From the NCBI GenBank assembly GCA_963718565.1, contig OY970364.1, forward strand, positions 2,220,059 to 2,284,058: 64,000 bases of DNA, in the 5' to 3' direction. Below, piece by piece: positions 50,843 through 61,018 of this stretch (position 1 is the first letter of the stretch; the number at the start of each line of letters is the position of its first letter). Source of the stretch: an uncultured Verrucomicrobiae bacterium. GTDB lineage: Bacteria > Chlamydiota > Chlamydiia > Chlamydiales > Rhabdochlamydiaceae. Position numbers and translations under genes: made by a program. The notes beneath the pieces are model-generated. The model saw only the letters and a program-made list of their open reading frames with translations. It ran no database searches and was not told the DNA's origin.

Positions 50843-51032
50843 TTGTTCATGAGCGTTATCAAACAGCCTCTCCGGCCACACCTTGACTGGTAGCACGTAC
50901 ATTAACTTCCTTGAAGACTCTGGCAAAAGTTGAAGACCATTTCGATTCGTGCCCAATTAAGATCGATAAGTGGTAAGTTTGGCATGGATCAAAATGGTCT
51001 TCAACTTTTGCCATGAGTTTTTAAGGACGTAC
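50843..51032. mobile_element. MITE family D, right half
   Basis: Near-identical to ~5328-5517. Confidence 0.88.
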
Positions 51033-51226
51033 CGATTTATAACCTCCGCGGCTCTGCGTCTTTGCGTTGATCCCATGCCGACTGTGTTCGTACAGGCGTT
51101 ACAGGGGGCTAAAAAAACCAATTTTTGAAGTTTCTTCAGTATGATTAATAGTTTATTTTAAACTTTTATGTTCGTTTGACTTTAATTTAATTTTTGTTAA
51201 AATGTCCGCAATAAAGGCAATAATGT

Positions 51227-52708
51227 ATGGTCGCTTATTTAAGATTAAATTGCTTCGTAGAAGCTGCAAACCAAGCTTTTTGCTTACCAGCTCAACACCA
51301 ATCTTTGGTTGCTGACTCTAATAGGATTGCTGTTAGCTTATGTGACATTTCAGGGTCTTCTTCACAAGCAGGCATAGAGCAGAATAAACGCACATGGGAA
51401 ATCTATCGTGAGTCTCTCATCGGGACGATGGGTGAAAGAAAATTTGAGTGGATCTGCAATCGTTATCGTTCGCGTTTAAATTTTACCCGACTGGAGAAAT
51501 CTGGACAGCCTCTTCTTCCTGAGCATATCGAATTATTTAGTATTGGATCGAACCAGCTTTTAAGCCGGGATATTAAGCAGCGTTTTCCAGGAAATCTAAG
51601 ATCCTCTCACAGCCGGGTGCAACTCCAAGAAAGAATGCGCGTGGTTCAACCTTTTCCCATTGTTGGAAGTTATCGTGATCCCGTGAAAATTGCCGGTAGT
51701 CCTGGGTCTTTCTCAGCTTTTTTCTTTCACGACAAAGTCTTAATGGACAAAGAAAAACAGCTGCTCTTTTCTGATGTGGGACGGCTCTCTTTTCAAGCCT
51801 GGATGGAGCGTTTTGCTAAGGTTACGGCGAATCGCGAACTTTTGGAAGGGCAATTGATCCCGGCTCCAGGATATGATGGTCGGCTGGACTACTATAAAGT
51901 TTACCGCAAGGTAGCAACAGGGGATGGTCTCGTCGCTTATGCTTTGAGGCCCGCGACGAACGATTCGACTTTAAAGCCGATCATTGTTTTCCGTCCTTCA
52001 CAATGGGCTGTTTCGAATGAAGATGCTTTTCAAACCTATTTAAACGATGTTCAAAAGAATGTGGGAGAGATGGGATGGAGGGCGGCTAAGCCCTTTTTCG
52101 AACAGCTCATGAATGATCCTAAGTTTAGACGGTCGGATGAGAGAGTTTTGATTGCTGGATATAGCCTTGGCGGCGCGCATGTACAGCGCTTTCTCGAATG
52201 TCACTACGAGAATGTTTCTCAAGCTCTGTTTTATAGTGACCCGAGCATTGACGATGAGACTGCTGAGAGCATCCGCACAAAGATCAATGCGATGCCCCGG
52301 AGAAATGAGCCTTTAAATATTCAGATATTTCGTGCCAAGGGGGATTTTTGCCATTATGTCGGTGATAAGCACGCGGGTTGGGGAGTGATCCACCCCGATG
52401 TCAACATTCAGCTCAATGAGGTCGACCATGAAAATAAAAAGATCTCTGCAATGGTCCTTCATGCCCATCGCCTTTTTGACAATACGACATTCCCCTATCA
52501 GATCCAATGTTATGAAAACACAGAAGAGCTCTTCAACCGACTGGATAACTCAAAACGCGGCCCTGATGTTTTTTGGTACGAGAGGATGCGCCGCATTTGG
52601 GGCGGAGTAGCTTTTTACTCGTTCTATGGCCTGTCAGAGCTCATCAAGCTTGCCTCTTGGGTCTTTGGCGTCAGAATTCTGCGAAGCGGCCGCAATCCCG
52701 ATCTTTAA
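51227..52708 (+). CDS. Hypothetical protein with alpha/beta-hydrolase (lipase-like) domain
   Basis: IVFRP...GYSLGG nucleophile elbow, later GDF and H candidates. Confidence 0.65.
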   Translation: MVAYLRLNCFVEAANQAFCLPAQHQSLVADSNRIAVSLCDISGSSSQAGIEQNKRTWEIYRESLIGTMGERKFEWICNRYRSRLNFTRLEKSGQPLLPEHIELFSIGSNQLLSRDIKQRFPGNLRSSHSRVQLQERMRVVQPFPIVGSYRDPVKIAGSPGSFSAFFFHDKVLMDKEKQLLFSDVGRLSFQAWMERFAKVTANRELLEGQLIPAPGYDGRLDYYKVYRKVATGDGLVAYALRPATNDSTLKPIIVFRPSQWAVSNEDAFQTYLNDVQKNVGEMGWRAAKPFFEQLMNDPKFRRSDERVLIAGYSLGGAHVQRFLECHYENVSQALFYSDPSIDDETAESIRTKINAMPRRNEPLNIQIFRAKGDFCHYVGDKHAGWGVIHPDVNIQLNEVDHENKKISAMVLHAHRLFDNTTFPYQIQCYENTEELFNRLDNSKRGPDVFWYERMRRIWGGVAFYSFYGLSELIKLASWVFGVRILRSGRNPDL

Positions 52709-53394
52709 CTCAGTTTTTTATAGGCAAGCGGCAAAAGGGCGATAAAGCCTAACACAACGAGGGCAATTTTGATCTCGGGTGTGAAAGCTCCTTTGAACGT
52801 GAAATGTGTATGTGTCTCAAAGTATTTCGAGAGGTTGGCTCCACTTTCAGCGATAAAGAAAGTGAGCGGTATGACTCCTACAAATGTCGTCCAAATAAAA
52901 GTGCTTGTCCTCACACGAAAAATTCCAGCGCTTAAGTTGATGATCCAAAAAGGGAGAAGATGGGAAAAACGCAAAAAGAGAAGGTAGTAAACTTGATTTG
53001 CTTGAAATTTTTTCTGTAAACCATGCATGAAATAACCTTTTCTTTTACCTAATGTCTCGACAAAGGCAAGGCGTGCTGCAAGAAAAAATAATGTTGCCCC
53101 GACAGTTTCAGCAATGCAAGAATAAAGGATAGCAAGTGGCAATGGGAATAGAAACCCTCCCAACAAAGTTAGGATCGTGGAATCGGGAATGATCAGTAAG
53201 ACAGAAACGATGTAAATCCCTATAAAATACAATGCCGAAAGCCCTGGGTGGCCGGTGACGAACAGTTTCCATCTCACATGTTCGCTTTTGATAGTGTCAA
53301 AGTTGAATTGATGGTAGAAACCACTCAAATAAACAATGAAGACAAAGATCAGAATCATCGCAAAAGGGATGATGCTAACAATTCTTCGATTCAT
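52705..53394 (-). CDS. TVP38/TMEM64 (DedA/VTT) family membrane protein
   Basis: LTLLGGFLF, GATLFFLAAR, LFLRFSHLLPFWIINL. Confidence 0.85.
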   Translation of the reverse strand: MNRRIVSIIPFAMILIFVFIVYLSGFYHQFNFDTIKSEHVRWKLFVTGHPGLSALYFIGIYIVSVLLIIPDSTILTLLGGFLFPLPLAILYSCIAETVGATLFFLAARLAFVETLGKRKGYFMHGLQKKFQANQVYYLLFLRFSHLLPFWIINLSAGIFRVRTSTFIWTTFVGVIPLTFFIAESGANLSKYFETHTHFTFKGAFTPEIKIALVVLGFIALLPLAYKKLS

Positions 53395-56306
53395 GATTTT
53401 ATCGAAGTGAACGTCCCTACATTACCTACATCGTCTTTTGAAATGAGTTCATAGTGGAAATCATTTTCTGGATGGATCACTCCTTCCATCAAAACAGCAA
53501 GTCGGCGTGGATTACTGCGTGACAAGAGTTGGTGCGCGACTTCACAGAAACGTTCATAGTTGAGCTCTTTTAAAGATGCGATGCGTTTGTCGATCCATGT
53601 GAAATCATGATATTCAAAGGCCAGCTCGTTGAGCTGATTGGCCATGCCAGGCATATTTTCAGGGGGCATCTTTAAAAGTGTAATGAGAGTGGCTCGAATG
53701 CTTTCAAAACGCCCCTCTGGAATTTGCACATTGAGGTTTTTGTCAAAACTTTCCAGAAATAACTCAAACCTAGCTAGGAGATCTGTGGTGCTATGAGTAC
53801 TGGATTGGACAGCAAAGAATTGCAAAAGTTGCCGCTCTTCTTCTGTATTCCATGCTTTAGCGATGTAGGCAGTCTGTTGTTTGGTGCGCAAAGTATCAAA
53901 GAAGGCATCGGAAAGGGCATAACCTAAGACTTGTTGAATGGCTTTACCCTCAAAGCTGAAAGGGCCTTCTTGAAGAAGAAGAAGAACTCCGCTTCCCTGA
54001 CGGTCTGTGGATTGAACGAGTTTATAGGGACCATATTTCTCCGATAGGACTAGGACTTTTTTCTGAGGATGATGTTCGGCAGAGAAATAAAGCGAGCCGA
54101 GTTTGTCGCGAAGTTGGCTCCAAAGATCTTGGGCCTTTTGCTGACTGATATTGCCGAAAAGCAACCCTTCGGTATAAACCGATTGAAATAAGTTTTTAGA
54201 AAACTGGGAGAATTCTTCATAGGAAATCGCTTTGATGGCTCTGTTTTTGTCCTGGTCGGTAGGTGTGTTAAAAAGAATGCTGTCCAACTGCTGCATTGCT
54301 TGGCGAACGGGGAGTTCTTTAGAGGCATTATCGTAGTCGGATGCGAGTGAGGTGCGATAAATCTCAAATTCTTCTTTAGAAGACGCCACATTCTTGACCG
54401 TCGAAAAGATTTCGCTTAGCAAAAGCGGAGCTTTATCATTGAAACCACAAATTGCCATTTTAAGTTCGAGATCATCCATGAAGAAACGAATGTTAAGCCC
54501 TGCATTGGAAGCTAATGAAAGATTAGGAGAAAGTTTTTCAGTCAACGCCCTGACATAAAGATCGGCAAGGACTTGTGCTTTGGGTGTTGCTTCCAAAAGA
54601 GGAGATTTAAAACGGAATAAAAAGGCAATTTCTGGAACCTTGTACCGTGTATCTCTGACATAATAAATGCTACAGCCTTCATCCGATGAAATCAACATAG
54701 GGTCTTCTTTGGCAAGTTCAGAAGTGGTGGAAGGCTCGAGTGCGATGCGTTTAGGTAAATAGGGGTTTTGCGGTGGCAGCAGAATTGCCGGATTGGGTTC
54801 GATATGGTCCCAAGCCGCAAGACGTGACCGAGAAACTTGCTTAATGGCATACTCGGCATTCATCCACTTTTCTTTCTGGTCTGTCACGATTCCGGTTTTG
54901 ACGGGATCAGCTAAGACGAAGTAAATGCAATTTTCAGCTTTAAGGGTATCGACAAAAGCTCCAATGAAAGCGGGATCATACTTCGTCGGGATGACCGATT
55001 TTACAGGATATGAAGCAAGATCTTCATAAGGCATATCCGAGGCAATCGTCATAATCGTATTGAAGGCATCGTTGCGCGATTGGTATTGATAGTTGAGCTT
55101 GGCCATCGTTCGCACTTCATCGTAAAAGTGCGCCGGGAAGCCTTCTTTTTTTAGACGAGCAATTGCTTGAAAGACACGTAAAATTGCAGTATCGACTTGG
55201 GTCAGGCCGTAATCTGTCAATGCGATATCAATAGTGAAGAAAACGCTTTGTTTGCTGAAACGATCGCAGCTAATACGGACGCTTTCAGCGATTTTTTCTT
55301 TTTTTAACAATTGGGGTAAACTATTTTCTCCTTCTTGCCCCAAAGAAGCGGCGACAAGATTTGGGGCCTTGCGTTCGATGTCTTCAGCAAAAGCAGCAGG
55401 GATTTCCCAGTTTAAAGAGAGCTGTTTAATGTCTTTGACGGGTTTGATGAAGATCATGTGTCCCCGTTGGATTTGAGATGTCACATCAGTAGGAACTGCT
55501 TTTTTTGAAGCCTTAAACTGCGGAACTTGGGAAAAATCAGAAATGGCAAGAGTACGCATTTCTTCAATGGGAAGGGGAGAGATCATGACAAGATGCATGT
55601 GATCAGCGCTATAATGGGTTTGGTACCAGTTTTTGAGCGCGGATTGAGGAATCCCAGATAATGTTTGAGCATTGCCCGTGGAAAAAGCAGAGTTGGGATG
55701 GTTAGGATTTCCTGTCTCTTTTAAAATCATGTACTGACGCCAGCCATCGTGTTCGATATTTTTAGAATGCTCTTGATCGACAGCATGAAGTTCACGATTA
55801 ATGCAGTTCGGAGAAAGGAGCGGGTCGATAAAAAAGTGAGAAAATCGATCCAGGGACTCTTCAAAGGCATCGTTGTTAACCGAAAACATATAAACGGTAC
55901 GGTCGGAAGCGGTGAATGCATTCACATTTCCCCCATGGTCAGAAATGAATTGCATATATTCAAATTCATTGGGATACGCCTCAGTCCCCATAAACAGCAT
56001 ATGTTCTAAAAAATGGGCCATTCCAGGATATTCCTTTGGATCTTCCCAAGAACCTGCATCAACAGTCAGTCCTGCTGCAGACTGATCAGCTCCTGGATCG
56101 GAAATGAGCAACACCTGCAAGTTGTTGTTCAAAAGCAGCTTTTCCACTTTTCTGCCTTCTAAGGCGGGATTGAGGATAGGAAGGGTTGCTTTATCTTCGA
56201 TAATTTCATAGTCGCCCTCAAGAGAAGCCGCATCTTCTGAATAGATAGGAATGGCAGATAAAAAAAGAAGAGATAAAAATATCAAGCGTCTTGGATGTTT
56301 CATCAT
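53391..56306 (-). CDS. ptr: Insulinase/pitrilysin-family (M16A) peptidase
   Basis: Signal peptide; GMAHFLEHMLFMGT inverted Zn motif; NAFT; RTKQQTAY. Confidence 0.92.
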   Translation of the reverse strand: MMKHPRRLIFLSLLFLSAIPIYSEDAASLEGDYEIIEDKATLPILNPALEGRKVEKLLLNNNLQVLLISDPGADQSAAGLTVDAGSWEDPKEYPGMAHFLEHMLFMGTEAYPNEFEYMQFISDHGGNVNAFTASDRTVYMFSVNNDAFEESLDRFSHFFIDPLLSPNCINRELHAVDQEHSKNIEHDGWRQYMILKETGNPNHPNSAFSTGNAQTLSGIPQSALKNWYQTHYSADHMHLVMISPLPIEEMRTLAISDFSQVPQFKASKKAVPTDVTSQIQRGHMIFIKPVKDIKQLSLNWEIPAAFAEDIERKAPNLVAASLGQEGENSLPQLLKKEKIAESVRISCDRFSKQSVFFTIDIALTDYGLTQVDTAILRVFQAIARLKKEGFPAHFYDEVRTMAKLNYQYQSRNDAFNTIMTIASDMPYEDLASYPVKSVIPTKYDPAFIGAFVDTLKAENCIYFVLADPVKTGIVTDQKEKWMNAEYAIKQVSRSRLAAWDHIEPNPAILLPPQNPYLPKRIALEPSTTSELAKEDPMLISSDEGCSIYYVRDTRYKVPEIAFLFRFKSPLLEATPKAQVLADLYVRALTEKLSPNLSLASNAGLNIRFFMDDLELKMAICGFNDKAPLLLSEIFSTVKNVASSKEEFEIYRTSLASDYDNASKELPVRQAMQQLDSILFNTPTDQDKNRAIKAISYEEFSQFSKNLFQSVYTEGLLFGNISQQKAQDLWSQLRDKLGSLYFSAEHHPQKKVLVLSEKYGPYKLVQSTDRQGSGVLLLLQEGPFSFEGKAIQQVLGYALSDAFFDTLRTKQQTAYIAKAWNTEEERQLLQFFAVQSSTHSTTDLLARFELFLESFDKNLNVQIPEGRFESIRATLITLLKMPPENMPGMANQLNELAFEYHDFTWIDKRIASLKELNYERFCEVAHQLLSRSNPRRLAVLMEGVIHPENDFHYELISKDDVGNVGTFTSIKS

Positions 56307-56378
56307 TTTACCTTAGTTCACAGGTTAACATCATCATGCATGGAAGTTATAGAATTTTTCAATCCTGTTGGTCAAAGG

Positions 56379-56443
56379 GGGTGTAAATAAAAGTGTTGAG
56401 GCTAGGCATTGAAGTAATGCCTCCATTTCATATGTCGGAAACA
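56379..56443. repeat. Dispersed GGGTGTAAATAAA repeat (empty MITE D target)
   Basis: Matches 5105-5143 plus 5526-5550 joined; partial copies near 59159 and 63565. Confidence 0.8.
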
Positions 56444-56509
56444 GGTTTTAGCAAATAAGACCCCGAAAAAATGTCCTTTTCGCGTTAGTTTTGCAATTCC
56501 CTCCATGCC

Positions 56510-57514
56510 TTAAGGAAACTTTGAGTAGTCTTGGCGGACTAAACTCCAAATGTATGCGGCGCGCTTTGAGCGCCGTGCGTGTTTGTCAGTGGAATCGCAG
56601 CCGGGAAAATTTTCCATGTCGATGCGTGGGCCAAAAGCGAGATGGATATCTGCGCGTTTGGCGATTCTAGCTTCGCCGAGCTCGACTTGGATTGTCTCGG
56701 GAGGAGGAAGGAGGCCATAGGACTTGAGGGCAAGAGGATAAAAATGAGTGGGATGTCCAGCCCGACCTGCCATCAGATAGAGCATCTCAATGCTTTGTGG
56801 ATCAAACGCAGCGATTTCGACAATTCCCGCTGCATTAGGCCGATCCCTTCCACCGCTAGGAGCGACATAAATGGCTTTGCCGCCTTCGCTGAGAAGTTCG
56901 CTCATCAGTTCCATTGTTCTCTTATTATGGAGTTGTTTTTTCATTTTTTGTTCGGGCGGCTGATCGATATAGCGTTTGGAGAAAATACATAAAAGATTTC
57001 TTCCCATGCTAAAGGGAACAGCGAGAGGATCTGTGATCACGCGCTCCCCTGCAACGAAGATCATCTCTTCGGCAAATTTAGGGTAGGAGCTTTCTAAGAG
57101 GATGCTAATGACTTGAGGATCGGCTTCCACTTGGTGATTGGCTAAAAAGATCGCATTTTTGCCCTTTTCCAAAGATGCGGTGATGTTTTTTAAGTGCTCG
57201 AGACCGTGAACGGTGGAATTTGGCATATCGACAAGGGGTTTCATTAAGTCAATGCCAAACTGATAATAGTCGAATGGTTTGCGAAGATGTTTATGATAAG
57301 GCTGGAAAACAAAAGGCTCTAGACATTGCTGCTTGATCAAATCTAATAAATCGAGAAAAGGTTTTTCATGGCTGTCTTTTTGAGAGGAGATGGCTTGTTG
57401 GTATCCCAGGTAGAATTTTTCAAGGATGTCTACATGCTTTGGAGGGATAGATCCCTCCTTTAAATAGTGTGCGATCTTGGTAAAGAAAGGTTTATGTTTC
57501 GAGCTTTTTTCCAT
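56510..57514 (-). CDS. plsB: Glycerol-3-phosphate acyltransferase (plastid ATS1-like)
   Basis: NHQVEADP (HX4D), AGERVITDPL, PFSMGRNL, APSGGRDRP; start uncertain. Confidence 0.85.
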   Translation of the reverse strand: MEKSSKHKPFFTKIAHYLKEGSIPPKHVDILEKFYLGYQQAISSQKDSHEKPFLDLLDLIKQQCLEPFVFQPYHKHLRKPFDYYQFGIDLMKPLVDMPNSTVHGLEHLKNITASLEKGKNAIFLANHQVEADPQVISILLESSYPKFAEEMIFVAGERVITDPLAVPFSMGRNLLCIFSKRYIDQPPEQKMKKQLHNKRTMELMSELLSEGGKAIYVAPSGGRDRPNAAGIVEIAAFDPQSIEMLYLMAGRAGHPTHFYPLALKSYGLLPPPETIQVELGEARIAKRADIHLAFGPRIDMENFPGCDSTDKHARRSKRAAYIWSLVRQDYSKFP

Positions 57515-59039
57515 TGATTGTTGAGTAAAATTGAAACTCATTGAGGTGGAGGTTGTCATCGCTGTCGAAACGCAATTCGGCGTTCATTTTTTCAGCCAAT
57601 TTGCGATACTGTTCTTTGTCTTGTTGATGGGTCAAATAATTGTCGAGATCGGGATGAGCAATGAGTTCGAGCCCAAATTGTTGCTGTTGATTGACTAGTT
57701 TTTTAATTGCTCGTTCAATCTCAACGCTAACGCTTTCATGGCTTTTGATCATGCCGCTTCCGATACAGTAAGGACAGTTGGTGAAAATCGTCTGAGTCAG
57801 CGATTCTCTGCTGCGCTGTCTTGTCATTTCAACAAGGCCAAATTCACTCATCCCTAAAATCGTGCACTTTGCCGAATCATCTTTCATGGCTTCTTTAAGG
57901 CAATCGAGAACGCGGCGCTGGTTTTTTCGCGCACGCATATCGATAAAGTCGCAAATGACAAGGCCGCCTACATTGCGAATGCGCAGCTGGCGTGCGATTT
58001 CTTCGGCTGCTTCCATATTGATATGAACGAGGGCTTCTTCGACATCTGAGCTTGTATTTTGATAGGTACTGCGGCCGGAGTTGACATCAATGGTATACAT
58101 CGCTTCTGTGCGGTCAAAAAAGAGATATCCACCGCTAGGAAGCCAAATTTTGCGCCGCAGAGCGCGGTCGATTTCGCGCTCGACATTGAAGCGTTCGAAC
58201 ATGGACGTCTTGTCGCGATACAGTTCCAGTTTAAGAGGATGCTCACTGCTATATTTAGCATACAATCGCTTGCAGCGTTGATAAGTGGCGTAATCATCGG
58301 CGAGCAGTCGATCAAATTTTTTATCCACCGCGGTCAGAACAGCGCGTTTAATAAGATCTGACTCTTCATAAAGACAGGTCGGTTTATTTGCCTTGTGGAA
58401 GTTTTCGACAATATTCTGCCATGTTCTGAGGAGCTCTGTGGCCTCTTCGATAAGCATTTCAGGTGTGGCATTGACGCTCGCGGTTCTGCAGATCAGTCCC
58501 ATATCCTTGGGCATTTCAAAAGCACGAATCAATTTTTTTAATCTTTCGCGAGAGGAGGCGTCTTCGATTTTGCGAGAGACTCCGCGGTGAGGGATATTAG
58601 GGAGGAGGACGAGGTATCTCCCTGGGATGGAAATATTGGAAGTCAACCGTGCCCCCTTTGTTCCAATCGGTTCTTTGACCACTTGGACAAGGACGGGTTG
58701 GTCGAGCTTCATGATTTTTGAGATGTCCGACTCCCGTCGTTGGCGGGTTCCTGCTTTGGAAATGTCATAATCCCAATCGAAGTCCATCTCGAACATTTCC
58801 TGAAACTTTTGAGTATTCTCCAAAATATCGGAAATGTGAATGAATCCATTTTCACCCTCATTAATATCGATAAATGCAGATTGGATATTATGCAAAATAT
58901 TCGTCACTCGGCCTCGGTAGACGTTACCTGTCAGCTGTCGGTTTTTTTTTCTCTCGATGATGAGGTCGTGGAGGGTTCCATTTCTGAGAACGGCGTAACG
59001 GGTTTCTTTAGACTCGACATTCAGTAGAATTTCTTGCAT
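57492..59039 (-). CDS. rng: Ribonuclease E/G
   Basis: S1 domain, KEPIGTKGARLT, IDVNSG, ARQLRIRNVGGLVICDFIDM, CPYC. Confidence 0.93.
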   Translation of the reverse strand: MQEILLNVESKETRYAVLRNGTLHDLIIERKKNRQLTGNVYRGRVTNILHNIQSAFIDINEGENGFIHISDILENTQKFQEMFEMDFDWDYDISKAGTRQRRESDISKIMKLDQPVLVQVVKEPIGTKGARLTSNISIPGRYLVLLPNIPHRGVSRKIEDASSRERLKKLIRAFEMPKDMGLICRTASVNATPEMLIEEATELLRTWQNIVENFHKANKPTCLYEESDLIKRAVLTAVDKKFDRLLADDYATYQRCKRLYAKYSSEHPLKLELYRDKTSMFERFNVEREIDRALRRKIWLPSGGYLFFDRTEAMYTIDVNSGRSTYQNTSSDVEEALVHINMEAAEEIARQLRIRNVGGLVICDFIDMRARKNQRRVLDCLKEAMKDDSAKCTILGMSEFGLVEMTRQRSRESLTQTIFTNCPYCIGSGMIKSHESVSVEIERAIKKLVNQQQQFGLELIAHPDLDNYLTHQQDKEQYRKLAEKMNAELRFDSDDNLHLNEFQFYSTINGKKLET

Positions 59040-59234
59040 GGGATCCCCGAAATATTTTTTTAAAGTTACACTCTTGGAATGGTAGGGATCATATGCGATT
59101 TCAACTTCTTTTTCCATAAAATAAGAAGAGGAAGATTTCTCGCTGTAGTTGATTTTTGGGGTGTAAATAAATCAGTATACACCCCTAGCTGATTTTTGGT
59201 TTTGTTTAAAACTAGGCCTTACGATATGAAAATG

Positions 59235-60263
59235 TTATTTTTTCTTAAGTTCTTGTCTAACCTGGTCAAGGAAAGAATGTTGGACCAGGCGCATTGCCGT
59301 TGTAATGCTGTGTATAAAGCTCTGAGGGCTCGCGTTTCCATGACACTTGATGACAATGCCATCGACCCCACAGAGGAGAGCTCCTGGGTATTCTGCGTAG
59401 CGCAACCTTTGCCTCAGTTCGGCTAAGACGCCCTTCATGTGAGGAGAGCAGGTTTCTACTGGGGAATGCTCGAGTTCTTCCAAAATCACCGAGGCAATTC
59501 CCTCTGCCGTTTTGAGAAAGACATTTCCGGTAAATCCATCGGTGACAAGGACATCGATGTTCCCATGAAAGACATCCCGTCCCTCGATATTGCCGGCAAA
59601 AGCATAGGAGGAAGAAGATTTTTTGCTTCCGGCAAGGAGTTGATTATAAACTTTTTGAAGTTCGGGTGTGCCTTTTTTAGCCTCAGAGCCAATGTTCAAC
59701 AGCCCAACGATGGGGATTTTTATACCTCGGCTTCTTTGATAGGCAACGCCCATGGCGGCAAATTGGATCAAGTGCTTGGCTTTGTAGGATGCGTTGGCCC
59801 CCACATCAAGAACAGCAATTTCTTTTTGCCGAGAGGGAAACAATGTGAGCAATGCAGGTCGTTCGACGTGCAGGAGGGCGGGGAGTTGCAATCTGGCACA
59901 CCCCATAAGAGCTCCTGTATTGCCAGCAGAAATGAACGCCTGTAAATGGCCCTCTTTTAATTGCCTAATTCCCACGCACATCGATGAATCTTTTTTGTGG
60001 CGAATTGCCGTCAGGGGTGCCTCTTCCATCGTAATCACTTCTTTTACGGTATGAAAAAAAACATTTGTAACAGGGAGGCGGGTTTTTTCAAACAGCGCAG
60101 AGGTCCCAAAAAGAGTCAAAGTCACGGATGGATTTAACTCTTTGCAGAAAAGAAGGATCTCTTTAAGGAGCTCATTAGGGGGAATATCGCTTCCAAGTAG
60201 ATCGATGCCGATATGACAAGTCGCAATAGTGTTGTGTTTATTAGACATCTTGCATAACCTCAT
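59235..60263 (-). CDS. plsX: Phosphate acyltransferase PlsX
   Basis: IGIDLLGSD, SAGNTGA, LDVGAN, LLNIGSE, DGFTGNVFLKTAEG, IKCHG. Confidence 0.95.
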   Translation of the reverse strand: MRLCKMSNKHNTIATCHIGIDLLGSDIPPNELLKEILLFCKELNPSVTLTLFGTSALFEKTRLPVTNVFFHTVKEVITMEEAPLTAIRHKKDSSMCVGIRQLKEGHLQAFISAGNTGALMGCARLQLPALLHVERPALLTLFPSRQKEIAVLDVGANASYKAKHLIQFAAMGVAYQRSRGIKIPIVGLLNIGSEAKKGTPELQKVYNQLLAGSKKSSSSYAFAGNIEGRDVFHGNIDVLVTDGFTGNVFLKTAEGIASVILEELEHSPVETCSPHMKGVLAELRQRLRYAEYPGALLCGVDGIVIKCHGNASPQSFIHSITTAMRLVQHSFLDQVRQELKKK

Positions 60264-60317
60264 TCACCAAGCGGGTTATACCGATTCTTCATGTTGTTTC
60301 GGTATACGCAAGATGCT

Positions 60318-60500
60318 CTATTCTTCCCTCGCATGAATCACTGCGCGGCCCGCATAGAAACCGCAATGGGGACAAATCCTGTGCGCGATGCGCGGTTTTG
60401 AGCAATTCGGGCAAGCCGAAGTATTCTTTGCCTTCTTTGCATGATGAGCACGACGGGAATTTTTTCGAGCATTAGAAGTTCGATTACGTGGTACTGCCAT
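60318..60500 (-). CDS. rpmF: 50S ribosomal protein L32
   Basis: MAVPRNRTS...CPNC...HRICPHCGFYAG. Confidence 0.95.
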   Translation of the reverse strand: MAVPRNRTSNARKNSRRAHHAKKAKNTSACPNCSKPRIAHRICPHCGFYAGRAVIHAREE

Positions 60501-60551
60501 ATATCCACACTCCACTAAAAATTAGCATACTTTATAACTGAAGACGAGAAT

Positions 60552-61016
60552 TTATTCACTATCTAAATTCGCAAAAGGATACTGAATATCGTTTCTGGAT
60601 TCTTTTTGAGGGCGTTTAAGAAATTTCTTTAAATTCTCTCTTTCCGGGCACTTTCCATGATGGCATTCAGTGAAAAGGGGGGTCTGAAGCAAAATCGATT
60701 CTCGGATTTCGCTGGTCATATCGAAGATTGCTCCCTTAATTTCTTCAAGGGGTTCTGAGAGGTAGGCATTTTTGATGACAATGGGAATGTGAACGGGATC
60801 ATTACAGATGTTGCAAGGGAGGTAGGCTTGGGTTTCGACATGGAGATGGATGATCAAATGCTCATCGGCAAGGTAAGCTTCTCCTTTGAGGCAAACAGTA
60901 TCTTCAAAGAGTAAGTCTTCTTCATCGATATCTAAAAAATCAGGCGAGAAAGCCTCATCGATTTTGAGAGTTTGTCCCCCTTTCAGTCGATCGATGTAAA
61001 TTTTTAAACTTTCCAT
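60552..61016 (-). CDS. YceD/DUF177 family protein
   Basis: PCNIC, IRESILLQTP..C; conserved position upstream of rpmF-plsX. Confidence 0.8.
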   Translation of the reverse strand: MESLKIYIDRLKGGQTLKIDEAFSPDFLDIDEEDLLFEDTVCLKGEAYLADEHLIIHLHVETQAYLPCNICNDPVHIPIVIKNAYLSEPLEEIKGAIFDMTSEIRESILLQTPLFTECHHGKCPERENLKKFLKRPQKESRNDIQYPFANLDSE

Positions 61017-61018
61017 AA

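Noticed and set aside
43650..57514. Eukaryote/plant-like genes (SWIB, UGP3-like, ATS1-like GPAT; also dapL) as recent horizontal transfer
   Set aside because: These are established chlamydial genes in ordinary context with normal composition.
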